The notes under the pieces are model-generated. The model worked only from the letters and a program-made list of their open reading frames with translations, had not been told where the DNA came from and searched no databases. 54,955 nucleotides of DNA from a virus (Duplodnaviria; Caudoviricetes), in IMG/VR virus record IMGVR_UViG_3300021335_000021, positions 1 through 54,955 of that record; one strand, given 5' to 3'. Positions 1-7,835 of the stretch are shown in pieces (positions within the stretch are counted from its first letter, which is position 1; each line of letters begins with the position of its first letter). Position numbers and translations under genes: made by a program.

Positions 1-346
1 TAATTTCTCCGAAATTTTCGTCAACTTCTTCGTCTGTTGCTTCGTCTACTTCTTCATCAGAGGCTTCGTCAACTTCTTCGTCTGTTGCTTCGTTAGTTTC
101 TTCGTCGTCTGAAGACTCATCTACTTCTTCATCTGAAGCTTCGTTAGTTTCTTCGTCATTTGACGCTTCATCTACTTCTTCATCTTTTGCTTCATCGACT
201 TCAAGATCTTCTAAATCTGTTTCTAGCATCTTTTCATAGATACCACGTGACTTTTCAATAACAAATTCGTGGAACAGTTCATCTGCGCCAGCACGGTCGT
301 TATTGACAAGTTTTTCGAGCATTTGCTCTAATTTATTGTCTGCCAT
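1..346 (-). CDS. Acidic prohead core/scaffold-like protein (partial, runs off window start)
   Basis: Not in ORF track. Read by hand from ATG at 346: MADNKLEQMLEKLVNNDRAGADELFHEFVIEKSRGIYEKMLETDLEDLEVDEAKDEEVDEAS... It has an AGGAGA SD and TAAATA upstream, is extremely D/E-rich, and lies downstream of the portal as T4 core genes do. Confidence 0.65.
   Translation of the reverse strand, partial: MADNKLEQMLEKLVNNDRAGADELFHEFVIEKSRGIYEKMLETDLEDLEVDEAKDEEVDEASNDEETNEASDEEVDESSDDEETNEATDEEVDEASDEEVDEATDEEVDENFGEI
17..200 (-). repeat. Degenerate ~24-nt coding tandem repeat (DEEVDEA[S/T] / DEETNEA)
   Basis: Exact 29-nt direct repeat ttcgtcaacttcttcgtctgttgcttcgt at 17-45 and 65-93, with further degenerate copies to ~200. 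Confidence 0.85.
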
Positions 347-391
347 TGTTTTCTCCTATATGTTTAATTAATATGTAAGGCTGTCTAGTAT

Positions 392-397
392 TATTTA
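392..397 (-). promoter_or_regulatory. gp55-type late promoter (TAAATA)
   Basis: TAAATA core of the T4 late promoter TATAAATA, intergenic, upstream of the ORF starting at 346. Confidence 0.6.
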
Positions 398-420
398 CAC
401 TATGTTTAATAAATGTACGG

Positions 421-458
421 AAAACGGCGTCAAAACGAATCGTTTAGTCGCAAACCGT
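421..458 (-). terminator. Possible intrinsic terminator/hairpin after the 199-aa gene
   Basis: Nested inverted repeats acgg/ccgt and aaacg-aat-cgttt, followed by a short T tract on the minus strand. Confidence 0.3.
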
Positions 459-1058
459 CTAAAAATCATAATATCTTTTAAACTCACTTACTGTTATGTG
501 AGATAAATTCGTACATTTCTTTAACTGTTTTGGTACAAAGTCGTCATTATCAGCTACAATCCTAATATATCTCTTACCTTGGTGTGCATCGCATGTTGAT
601 GCTGTTTGCCTTTCCCAGTTGCCGAAGTATGTTGCAGGTTCGCCTTGTTTCTTATAGTTATGTGTTCCTGCGTACAAGTTATTTACCTTACTACGGTTAC
701 CTTGTGAGTCTAATAATCCGTGAAAATCAAATCCTAGTATATAAATTGTATCGTGCGGGTGTGTACTTGCTAACCATAATGCTGTAGGGCCACTGCTCCA
801 ACCCTTGCTAGGTTGAAAATAATTAAATCCTTGAAAGGAATGAAACTGTTTGTTTGGATTTGTCCAAACTTCGTGTTCCATTTGCCATTTGCTTTGATTA
901 ATTTCAAGTATCATTTTTACATCAACAGCAACTAGGTAATGCGGTTCAAAATGTCTGAACATTGCATTACATGCATATACTTTACCGTAATTTTTAAGTG
1001 GATATAGGTCTATGTCTTTGCGGCTTTCGCCATTACCTATAACAAACGCTACAGTCAT
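459..1058 (-). CDS. CstII/Maf (DUF115)-like glycosyltransferase-fold protein
   Basis: N-terminal AFVIGNGES and later IYILGFDF resemble the IAGNGPS and IYLxGIDF motifs of GT42 sialyltransferase/Maf-type proteins. Confidence 0.55.
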   Translation of the reverse strand: MTVAFVIGNGESRKDIDLYPLKNYGKVYACNAMFRHFEPHYLVAVDVKMILEINQSKWQMEHEVWTNPNKQFHSFQGFNYFQPSKGWSSGPTALWLASTHPHDTIYILGFDFHGLLDSQGNRSKVNNLYAGTHNYKKQGEPATYFGNWERQTASTCDAHQGKRYIRIVADNDDFVPKQLKKCTNLSHITVSEFKRYYDF

Positions 1059-1069
1059 TAGTAGACATC

Positions 1070-1309
1070 CTATACTTGAGGTTGTGCTTGGATACCGTAC
1101 ATCTGACGGATGAATCCTAATTCTTTTTGCTTTTCTTCTTGGTGTAACTCTGATGCTTTGCGAGCTTTGTTTATTTGACGTAATGTTAATCGTGTTTTAC
1201 GTGTGTCATCACGATTTACAATGCTTTTATCATCTGTAGCATCGTAAGTCTTATCCTCAATGGGATCAATAGTTTCTTTATCAAAATAAAATAATTCTCT
1301 TAGTATCAT
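1070..1309 (-). CDS. Small head-module protein (79 aa), possibly prohead core component
   Basis: Start moved to ATG 1309 (MILRELFYF...) because a TAAATA lies 5 nt upstream and the longer ORF overlaps the portal. Located directly after the portal. Confidence 0.6.
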   Translation of the reverse strand: MILRELFYFDKETIDPIEDKTYDATDDKSIVNRDDTRKTRLTLRQINKARKASELHQEEKQKELGFIRQMYGIQAQPQV

Positions 1310-1314
1310 GTTAA

Positions 1315-1320
1315 TATTTA
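1315..1320 (-). promoter_or_regulatory. Late promoter TAAATA, 5 nt before ATG
   Basis: GATAAATA-TTAAC-ATG on the minus strand. Confidence 0.6.
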
Positions 1321-1322
1321 TC

Positions 1323-3062
1323 CTATTCGGTTGGAGGAGTTTCGCCTGCGCCACCTGCATCTGGTGTTGTTACTGATTCTGGTCCTCCAGTTTCGCCTGT
1401 GGCAACACCTTCTTCACCTTCGGGTGCAACATCTGCATCTGCTCCTAGATCACCTTCAATACCTGCTCCACTAATACCTGCTCCACGCATTTCTGCACTA
1501 GCATCAGTTGGTGCTGTTGACAATGTTTCGTCATTTTCTTCTTTCCAATAGCGTTCGTTATCTGCAATTTCTGAATCACTCATTCCTAAGAAACGTTTCA
1601 TTGCATATCTATTACTGATAAACGGTACAGCTTGTATCTGTGCAAAAGTACCGATACGCTGATTGTCTAATTCACTTTGTCTATAACTTGCAAAGTTTTG
1701 TGGCGGTTGAAATAACAAATCAAACATTGCAATGTCAATGTTAATACCTTTTTCTAATAGATAACGTTTGAATTCTTGGTTGAATACTTCAGCTATAAGG
1801 TTCTGTAAACGTTCGCAATACTTGTTAAAGCGTAGCTCTTGTATGTATGCAGTACCTACTCTGCCGTCGTTAAATGAGCTTTGACCTTCATCTTGTGCCG
1901 CGGCTGGTAAGTATGAACTTGGAATACGTAAACCTCTTACTAGTTTATTTGTAAAGTATTTTAAGTCATCAATCTCACCTAAGTTAGTACCACCAGGTAG
2001 TGTTTCAACTTTAGATCCACGTCCTTCTGCTGTTTGCGGAAAGAAATAATCTTCGTTAGTTGACAGAGGATTGTAAGCACTGTCAATAACACTTGTGCCG
2101 CCACCTGTTTTACTTGGAATACGTCTTTGATGTATTTCTGTTTTTACTCGCTCAACAAATTGCATAGCTAAGTGACTTGGCATGTTACCAACATCAACAT
2201 AAAATACTCTACGCTCTGGAGCTCTTTGTGTTCTGTAAATAATAATAGCATCTTCAAGTAATTCTTTTTGTTTATATACTTTGAATATGCCTTCTAATAG
2301 TGAATTACCAAACGGTGCATTGTTGTCTAAGCCTTCGCTCAAACTCATATGTACCATATGTTTTGCATCAATGGCATGTTCTTTCATTTTATCATGGCCA
2401 AAGCGTCCTGCACTTGCACCAGATGTTTGTGTGTTACCAACCATACCACGAACACCGCCAGTTAGATAACCATCTCCACCGCCTGTAGCATTTCCATTTG
2501 TAGTATATGGTGTTGTTGCAACGTTGTCAATAAAATTTAAATTAAGATCTTTAACAATATATTGTTCTGGTTTTTTACCTTCTGATTCGTTAACAATAAT
2601 ACTGCCAACTTTTGCTGGATCAACATGATGCCATTTAGTAGTTTCTGGATCTCTAATAAAGAAAGCATCACCATATTTAAAAACGTTACGCACAATTTTA
2701 AACATGCGTGTGCCAAAGTTATTAAGTTTAGTCCATTGTTGTAGATACTGTTCAAGAACTTTAATTTCTGAATTAGTAGCCGTCTTTTTAAAGTCGATAC
2801 TAAAACTTGTTTTGTTAATAGGATTTTGTTGCGAACAAAATTCAGCAAGGATATCAAGTGCGGCATTTACCTCACTGTCATTATCCATTGTGTTGTATTG
2901 TCCGTAACGCTCAACTCTATTAGGAGCGCCTGTGTATACATCAGGAAGAAAACTTGAATAGTTTGAACGTGCCGGTCCTGGCTGTGTGCCTTGACCCATA
3001 CTTAATGGACTGCTTGTTCCTGCTTGTCCTTCTACTGGTGTAAAATATCTTTTCCAACTCAT
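1323..3062 (-). CDS. gp20: Portal vertex protein (T4 gp20-like)
   Basis: EDAIIIYRTQRAPERRVFYVDVGNMP, EDYFFP and ETLPGG-LGEIDD match conserved T4 gp20 motifs. Confidence 0.95.
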   Translation of the reverse strand: MSWKRYFTPVEGQAGTSSPLSMGQGTQPGPARSNYSSFLPDVYTGAPNRVERYGQYNTMDNDSEVNAALDILAEFCSQQNPINKTSFSIDFKKTATNSEIKVLEQYLQQWTKLNNFGTRMFKIVRNVFKYGDAFFIRDPETTKWHHVDPAKVGSIIVNESEGKKPEQYIVKDLNLNFIDNVATTPYTTNGNATGGGDGYLTGGVRGMVGNTQTSGASAGRFGHDKMKEHAIDAKHMVHMSLSEGLDNNAPFGNSLLEGIFKVYKQKELLEDAIIIYRTQRAPERRVFYVDVGNMPSHLAMQFVERVKTEIHQRRIPSKTGGGTSVIDSAYNPLSTNEDYFFPQTAEGRGSKVETLPGGTNLGEIDDLKYFTNKLVRGLRIPSSYLPAAAQDEGQSSFNDGRVGTAYIQELRFNKYCERLQNLIAEVFNQEFKRYLLEKGINIDIAMFDLLFQPPQNFASYRQSELDNQRIGTFAQIQAVPFISNRYAMKRFLGMSDSEIADNERYWKEENDETLSTAPTDASAEMRGAGISGAGIEGDLGADADVAPEGEEGVATGETGGPESVTTPDAGGAGETPPTE

Positions 3063-3072
3063 ATTGTGTTCC

Positions 3073-5382
3073 TTATCCAGCCATTATATTGCCGTTCAAT
3101 GCTTTTACGGCTGTTGTGTTCTTTTTTGTTAATTCGATAAGCTGGACCATATTAGTATTTAACATCGCAAGCTCTGTTGCACTTGAAGAATTGGCTGGTG
3201 TTGTAGGTACTGTTGGTTTAATAGGTGTAACCTGTGACTGTTTTTCAACCTCTGCTTCGTCATCGCTAGAAAACGGATTCAATTTATTCCAAAAACCTCC
3301 ACCGTCTTTCTTCTTTGGTGTGGCCGTACCGCTTGTGGCACCTTCATCATCACCACCAAACCAATTAAATGGATTGAATACGCTGTTTTTGAACCAATCT
3401 TTTAAGTATGTCCACATATCAGATATTGCAGTTGTAACAGATTTTGTTAGAGCTCCTTCAAAGAATGCAAAATCAATTGCTACTACAGCCCCTAAGATTG
3501 CTCCAGCAATTAATGCTGGTAGAGATAATAGTGCTCCGCCGACTGCTGTTAACGCTGTACCAAGTGCTCCGGCTATAAAGCCTGTTGCCGCTGTTAATGC
3601 CGTAGTAGCGGCGGCCAATATTGTTGCACCAATAGTTGTAGCCATCCCAAGAATAGATGCTGTAATGCCCGCAATGAACGGGCCGCCTCCTAGTGCCGCT
3701 GTAATAGCAATTCCAAGTGACGCTACTGCCGCAATACCCCAATTTATTACCGTCTGACTTATATCACCAAACGCACTTGCAGGATCTGCCAAAAACTCTT
3801 CTGCAAACTTTTTAACTTTAGGTAAAATATTATCTACTAAGTATGTGCTAAACTCTAACAGTTTTGGCCACATTTTCTTAAATTGATCTCCGACATCTTG
3901 TAGAATCTGTTTCCCGTCAGTTTTCATCCAATTCCAAGCATCATTCATTGCTTTTTCAATAGTGCCTTTGTTGTCTTCAAATAATTGTGTTGCTGTTTCG
4001 TATGATGGAATTAAGTCTGCAATAGCATCTGTTGCTTCTTTAAATGCTGTTGTGTTTGTAACAAAAGCCTGTGATGCTCCAGACAACTCTTCTAGTGTAG
4101 TAACACTATTTCCAATAGCCGTTGTAAGTTTGTCATATTCTGTTTGTTGTTTTGTAACTGAACCTTCAGTAGCTTCAACAGCCATTGCTAATTGTCCGCC
4201 CATTGTCAACAAACTACCAAATGATCCGCCAGCGGAAAGTGCGGCGTCAACACCACCTAGTTTAAATTTCTGTGCTAAGCCTCCTAATTCATCACCAACA
4301 TCTTTAACAAAGTTGTTCATCTGTTCAGGACTCATATTTTCGATATCTTTAGCAAAAGCCTTAAACACATCACTGTTAGCCATTAACTGTCGTGTCACCG
4401 GATCGTTTGCTATGCCGTCTGCCATATCTACAAGTGCCGCTTCAAACTCAGGTGATATTTTGTTTGCTAGTGATAAGTTATTTCTAAATTGATTCAATTG
4501 ATCGCCAGTCATTGAAGACATTGCTACTTGTCTACGTATGTCTGTATTCTTAGCTCTTTGTTCTTCTTCAATTTGTTTACGACTTTTACCTGTTAATTTT
4601 GATATCTTATCAAGTTCTAGTGAATACTTCGCTGATCCTTCCGCTATTTGAGAATCAGTCATATATCTATCTCTACCTGTAGATACTAATAATTCGTTGT
4701 AGCTGATTAGGTTTTCGTTTAATTCTTCTGTAGTTAAACCCATTCCTAATAGTTGTCTACCTAGATTGCCTGTACGCATCTCTTTTGAAAGCCTACCAAA
4801 TCTACGTGTACCTTCTTGTACATTTCCACCGAACATTCTTAGTCCTTCGGATTCACTTGCAATAACTTTAGCAAGAGTCTGCATAGATAATCCTGATGCG
4901 CCTGCAACCTGTGTAATCTCAAACATACTATTACCAAAGCCTGCACCAACTGATGACAGTTCTTTGTACATAGTCATTTGATTTTCAATTATTCCAGTAA
5001 TAATATTAAGTCCAGGAACATTTTGAGTAAACTCGTGTATACTAGTTTTACCTTGGAGTAATCCAGTTGCCATTCCGGTAACTGCACCAACTGCTCCGCT
5101 AACTGCCGCTACTAATCCGTTAATAAGGCCGCCAGCTACAGATGCCGCCGCTGATCCTAATTTACCTACTGATCCTGCTGTTTTTTCAGATGTTTTACCT
5201 ACGGCGTCAAGTCCTTTGTTGGCTTTGTCGGTATTCAGGTTACCGCCATTATTGCCGCCTTGTCCTGTTATTGATCCAGTTCTACCACCTAGTGCTTTAA
5301 GTATCTGTCGTAGAGTTGCTTCTGAAGCCGCATTTTGTGCTTCGACTTCACCAATTCCGGGGATGTCTATTCTTACTGCCAT
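3073..5382 (-). CDS. Tape measure / baseplate hub-like protein (gp29 analogue)
   Basis: 769 aa, Ala/Gly-rich and helical, with a long uncharged hydrophobic segment near the C-terminus. Adjacent to a gp26-like chaperone gene. Confidence 0.7.
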   Translation of the reverse strand: MAVRIDIPGIGEVEAQNAASEATLRQILKALGGRTGSITGQGGNNGGNLNTDKANKGLDAVGKTSEKTAGSVGKLGSAAASVAGGLINGLVAAVSGAVGAVTGMATGLLQGKTSIHEFTQNVPGLNIITGIIENQMTMYKELSSVGAGFGNSMFEITQVAGASGLSMQTLAKVIASESEGLRMFGGNVQEGTRRFGRLSKEMRTGNLGRQLLGMGLTTEELNENLISYNELLVSTGRDRYMTDSQIAEGSAKYSLELDKISKLTGKSRKQIEEEQRAKNTDIRRQVAMSSMTGDQLNQFRNNLSLANKISPEFEAALVDMADGIANDPVTRQLMANSDVFKAFAKDIENMSPEQMNNFVKDVGDELGGLAQKFKLGGVDAALSAGGSFGSLLTMGGQLAMAVEATEGSVTKQQTEYDKLTTAIGNSVTTLEELSGASQAFVTNTTAFKEATDAIADLIPSYETATQLFEDNKGTIEKAMNDAWNWMKTDGKQILQDVGDQFKKMWPKLLEFSTYLVDNILPKVKKFAEEFLADPASAFGDISQTVINWGIAAVASLGIAITAALGGGPFIAGITASILGMATTIGATILAAATTALTAATGFIAGALGTALTAVGGALLSLPALIAGAILGAVVAIDFAFFEGALTKSVTTAISDMWTYLKDWFKNSVFNPFNWFGGDDEGATSGTATPKKKDGGGFWNKLNPFSSDDEAEVEKQSQVTPIKPTVPTTPANSSSATELAMLNTNMVQLIELTKKNTTAVKALNGNIMAG

Positions 5383-5411
5383 TTATTATATACTCACTTT
5401 ATAAAATACCA

Positions 5412-5417
5412 TAAATA
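5412..5417 (+). promoter_or_regulatory. Late promoter for the gp26-like gene
   Basis: CATAAATA upstream of the AGGAG SD and ATG 5461. Confidence 0.65.
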
Positions 5418-5439
5418 CTATTACGAAATATGTTAATAC

Positions 5440-5445
5440 TATTTA
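5440..5445 (-). promoter_or_regulatory. Late promoter for the tape-measure/portal operon
   Basis: CTAAATA on the minus strand, facing the 5412 promoter. Confidence 0.6.
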
Positions 5446-5460
5446 GCAGGAGATATAAAC

Positions 5461-6369
5461 ATGGTAGATAATAACTTCCCACCAATGGGGGGACAGCAAG
5501 GTATTCCTATGGCACAACCGCAAGGTAATCCATTAGCGAAGCACCTTAGACAACCAAAGATCTACATCAAGTTGCCAAGCAATGGAGAATATTGGCCAGG
5601 AAAGTCTTTGGAAAAGACGGAAAACGGTGAATACCCAGTTTACGCAATGACGGCAAAGGATGAGATTACGTTTAAAACTCCCGATGCGTTATTAAACGGA
5701 CAAGCAACAGTTGATGTTATTCAAAGTTGTTTGCCAAACATTAAAGATGCATGGCAAACACCATCTATTGATATAGATACAATCTTAATTGCAATTAGAC
5801 GTGCAAGTTATGGTGAAAAAATGGCAATGACTGCATCTATTCCAAAAACAGACATTACTAAAGACTTTGAATTGAATTTACAAACACTCTTTGACAATTA
5901 CATGTCAAAAGAATTTGTTCATACTTTTCAGATTGATGGATTTAAAGTTCAGATACAACCACTAAACTATAAAACTATTACTGAAGGAATGATCAAAGCG
6001 TTTGAAGAACAGAGAATTTTTGCTGTTATTGATGATAATACTATTCAAAATCAAGAAAAGTTACAGAAGTTCCAATCAAGTTTTTCTAGACTAACTGAGT
6101 TAAACGTACAAACACTTATTAAAAGTGTTGTAGCAATTCAACCAGATGGCTCTGATCAAGCTGTTGTTAATCCAGCTCATATCAAAGAGTTCATTGAAAA
6201 CACTGATGCAAAGATTTTTAATCAAATTAAAGAGCATATTGAATCTCAGAAAAAACAATTTGAACAACAACCACTTTCAGTAGAAGCTACTGAAGAGGAA
6301 ATCGAAGCAGGTGCTGATAAGACTTATTCTATACCTATTGTATTCGATCAAGGCAATTTTTTCGACTAA
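5461..6369 (+). CDS. gp26: Baseplate hub assembly chaperone (gp26-like)
   Basis: PKIYIKLPSNG...MTAKDE...IDIDTILIAIRRASYGE pattern typical of gp26-family proteins; ends in NFFD. Confidence 0.75.
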   Translation: MVDNNFPPMGGQQGIPMAQPQGNPLAKHLRQPKIYIKLPSNGEYWPGKSLEKTENGEYPVYAMTAKDEITFKTPDALLNGQATVDVIQSCLPNIKDAWQTPSIDIDTILIAIRRASYGEKMAMTASIPKTDITKDFELNLQTLFDNYMSKEFVHTFQIDGFKVQIQPLNYKTITEGMIKAFEEQRIFAVIDDNTIQNQEKLQKFQSSFSRLTELNVQTLIKSVVAIQPDGSDQAVVNPAHIKEFIENTDAKIFNQIKEHIESQKKQFEQQPLSVEATEEEIEAGADKTYSIPIVFDQGNFFD

Positions 6370-6417
6370 GGATCTTAACGTGGAGCCTCGAAAAAATCCA
6401 AGACGAGGTTAAGGTCC
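6357..6417 (+). promoter_or_regulatory. Putative -1 programmed ribosomal frameshift signal
   Basis: In-frame slippery heptamer T TTT TTC (6357-6363), 6-nt spacer, then a 10-bp stem GGATCTTAAC (6370-6379) / GTTAAGGTCC (6408-6417) with one G-U pair. Confidence 0.7.
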
Positions 6418-6593
6418 TAGAGGGTGAGGTCAAAGAAATTAAGAATGAAATGATTCGTATCTCATGGTGGATGCGTGGCAGTATTCAACTCAATGATGCT
6501 TATGATTTAGATATCGACGACCGTGAAATTATTGCTAATTTAATTAAAGAAAATATGGAGTCTGCTAAAAAGTCAGGTATGCCGTTTTGGTAG
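6360..6593 (+). CDS. gp51-like / frameshift extension ORF (-1 frame of gp26-like gene)
   Basis: Not in ORF track. Open from the slippery site: FRLRILTWSLEKIQDEVKVLEGEVKEIKNEMIRISWWMRGSIQLNDAYDLDIDDREIIANLIKENMESAKKSGMPFW*. The first ATG is at 6450. Confidence 0.7.
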   Translation, partial: FRLRILTWSLEKIQDEVKVLEGEVKEIKNEMIRISWWMRGSIQLNDAYDLDIDDREIIANLIKENMESAKKSGMPFW

Positions 6594-6596
6594 GAT

Positions 6597-7502
6597 TTAC
6601 TTTTTAGAATTTGCTCTTATTCGATCCATGCCAGCGGAGTAGTTTGCTCTGCTTCTTTCATCTGGACTTACTTTTCCATCGTTGTTTACATCTGCTGGAT
6701 CTTTTTTAGCTTTTTTCTTAGTTACAGTATAACCGTTTGCTTCTAGATATTTTTTTGCTGATTCGACATCCATTGTAGGCGTAGCCATATCTTTAGCATC
6801 TGCTTTGCTAGTATCTTTTGCTTTGCTAGTATCTTTTGCTTTGCTAGTTTTTTTAGTAGCAACTGTTGTATCTGCATCTGCAGGAGCATCACCGTATGAA
6901 CTTTTTGATACTCTACTACCCATTTGTTTTTGAAAACCTTGTTGTACAAAACGTTTAATTACTTTTTGAACTTGACCTTTTGATAGCTCAACATCAGCTT
7001 CCATTATCTGTGCTTCACTATATATACTACTATTCATTTTTCCACCTGACAGATCTAAATTGCCTTGTGCGTCTGCTCCAGTAAGTCCTGATGCTTGTGG
7101 AGATAATTTAGCTTTAAGTTTACTTGCCGCGCCTGTAACAGCGGCCGCCCCAGATTTTGCCGCGCCTTTTCCAGATTTATAACTTTTAGATGCTGTTTTT
7201 TTCAGTGAACGCATTATGCCTGGTTCAGCATTAATATATGACATTACTGCACTTGGCTTACTTACAAATCCTTTTGCAACTAAAAACTTTGCTAAACCTT
7301 TTGCAGTCATACCTTTCATTTTAGGATCTTGTTTGCTTACAGCATAAAAGTCCTTATAAATGTTTGATACTTCTTTATCTAATTCAACGTCTAGCTGTGC
7401 GGCTTTGCCTCCAGCTGTGTTTTTACCTAGTGTTCTTTTTAAAAATCTAATAGGACCTTCATCAACTTGCTTAGATTCTGTTAAAATGTCGTATACTTTC
7501 AT
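6597..7502 (-). CDS. Basic, Lys/Ala-rich putative internal head protein
   Basis: N-terminus MKVYDILTE resembles T4 capsid-targeting leaders (MKTYQEFIAE). Perfect TATAAATA upstream; C-terminal DVNNDGKVSPDE motif. Confidence 0.55.
   Translation of the reverse strand: MKVYDILTESKQVDEGPIRFLKRTLGKNTAGGKAAQLDVELDKEVSNIYKDFYAVSKQDPKMKGMTAKGLAKFLVAKGFVSKPSAVMSYINAEPGIMRSLKKTASKSYKSGKGAAKSGAAAVTGAASKLKAKLSPQASGLTGADAQGNLDLSGGKMNSSIYSEAQIMEADVELSKGQVQKVIKRFVQQGFQKQMGSRVSKSSYGDAPADADTTVATKKTSKAKDTSKAKDTSKADAKDMATPTMDVESAKKYLEANGYTVTKKKAKKDPADVNNDGKVSPDERSRANYSAGMDRIRANSKK
6801..6848 (-). repeat. 18-nt tandem repeat encoding KDTSKA
   Basis: tgctttgctagtatcttt twice (6801-6836) plus a partial third copy. 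Confidence 0.9.
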
Positions 7503-7523
7503 AGTTTAGCTCCCGATTAATTA

Positions 7524-7531
7524 TATTTATA
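7524..7531 (-). promoter_or_regulatory. Late promoter TATAAATA (perfect T4 consensus)
   Basis: tatttata on the plus strand, upstream of the GGAG SD and ATG 7502. Confidence 0.8.
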
Positions 7532-7568
7532 CTTTTGAACACAGAAATACTTAGTAAATAGACTACAC

Positions 7569-7754
7569 ATGATAACAAGATATCGAATACTAGACAATCT
7601 CGATAATGAGATTGACGTTGTAAACAGTATTGACGAAGTACAGCAATATATAGAAACAATGCGTGATACAAACCCTCATCTACAACTCAGATACGAATCA
7701 TTCGAAGTTAGTAGTGTTAAGTCAGGTTTTGGAAGAGATCCTGATCTTCACTAA
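7569..7754 (+). CDS. Small hypothetical protein (61 aa)
   Basis: ORF preceded by TAAATA (7555-7560), with plausible codon usage. Confidence 0.6.
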   Translation: MITRYRILDNLDNEIDVVNSIDEVQQYIETMRDTNPHLQLRYESFEVSSVKSGFGRDPDLH

Positions 7755-7763
7755 ATAACTTCT

Positions 7764-7835
7764 ATGTGTTCGCCCATATTCTATTTTTTAGTTTTAACAG
7801 TAGTATTAATGTGGATGATATATAAGAACAACTAA
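7764..7835 (+). CDS. Putative 23-aa hydrophobic membrane peptide
   Basis: MCSPIFYFLVLTVVLMWMIYKNN*, with TAAATA (7752-7757) 6 nt upstream. Confidence 0.4.
   Translation: MCSPIFYFLVLTVVLMWMIYKNN

Noticed and set aside
17-200. CRISPR-like repeat array
   Set aside because: Repeats are in-frame coding repeats without unique spacers, and no cas genes are present.
1310-1360. ORF-track N-terminal extensions (1360, and likewise 16995, 19971, 46811)
   Set aside because: Better starts at 1309, 17019, 19977 and 46814 are supported by promoter position, SD or stop/start overlap.
3089-4981. Plus-strand ORFs (222, 176 and 71 aa) opposite the tape-measure gene, and similar antisense ORFs across the window
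   Set aside because: Shadow frames of strongly biased coding genes, with no SD, promoter or recognisable motifs.
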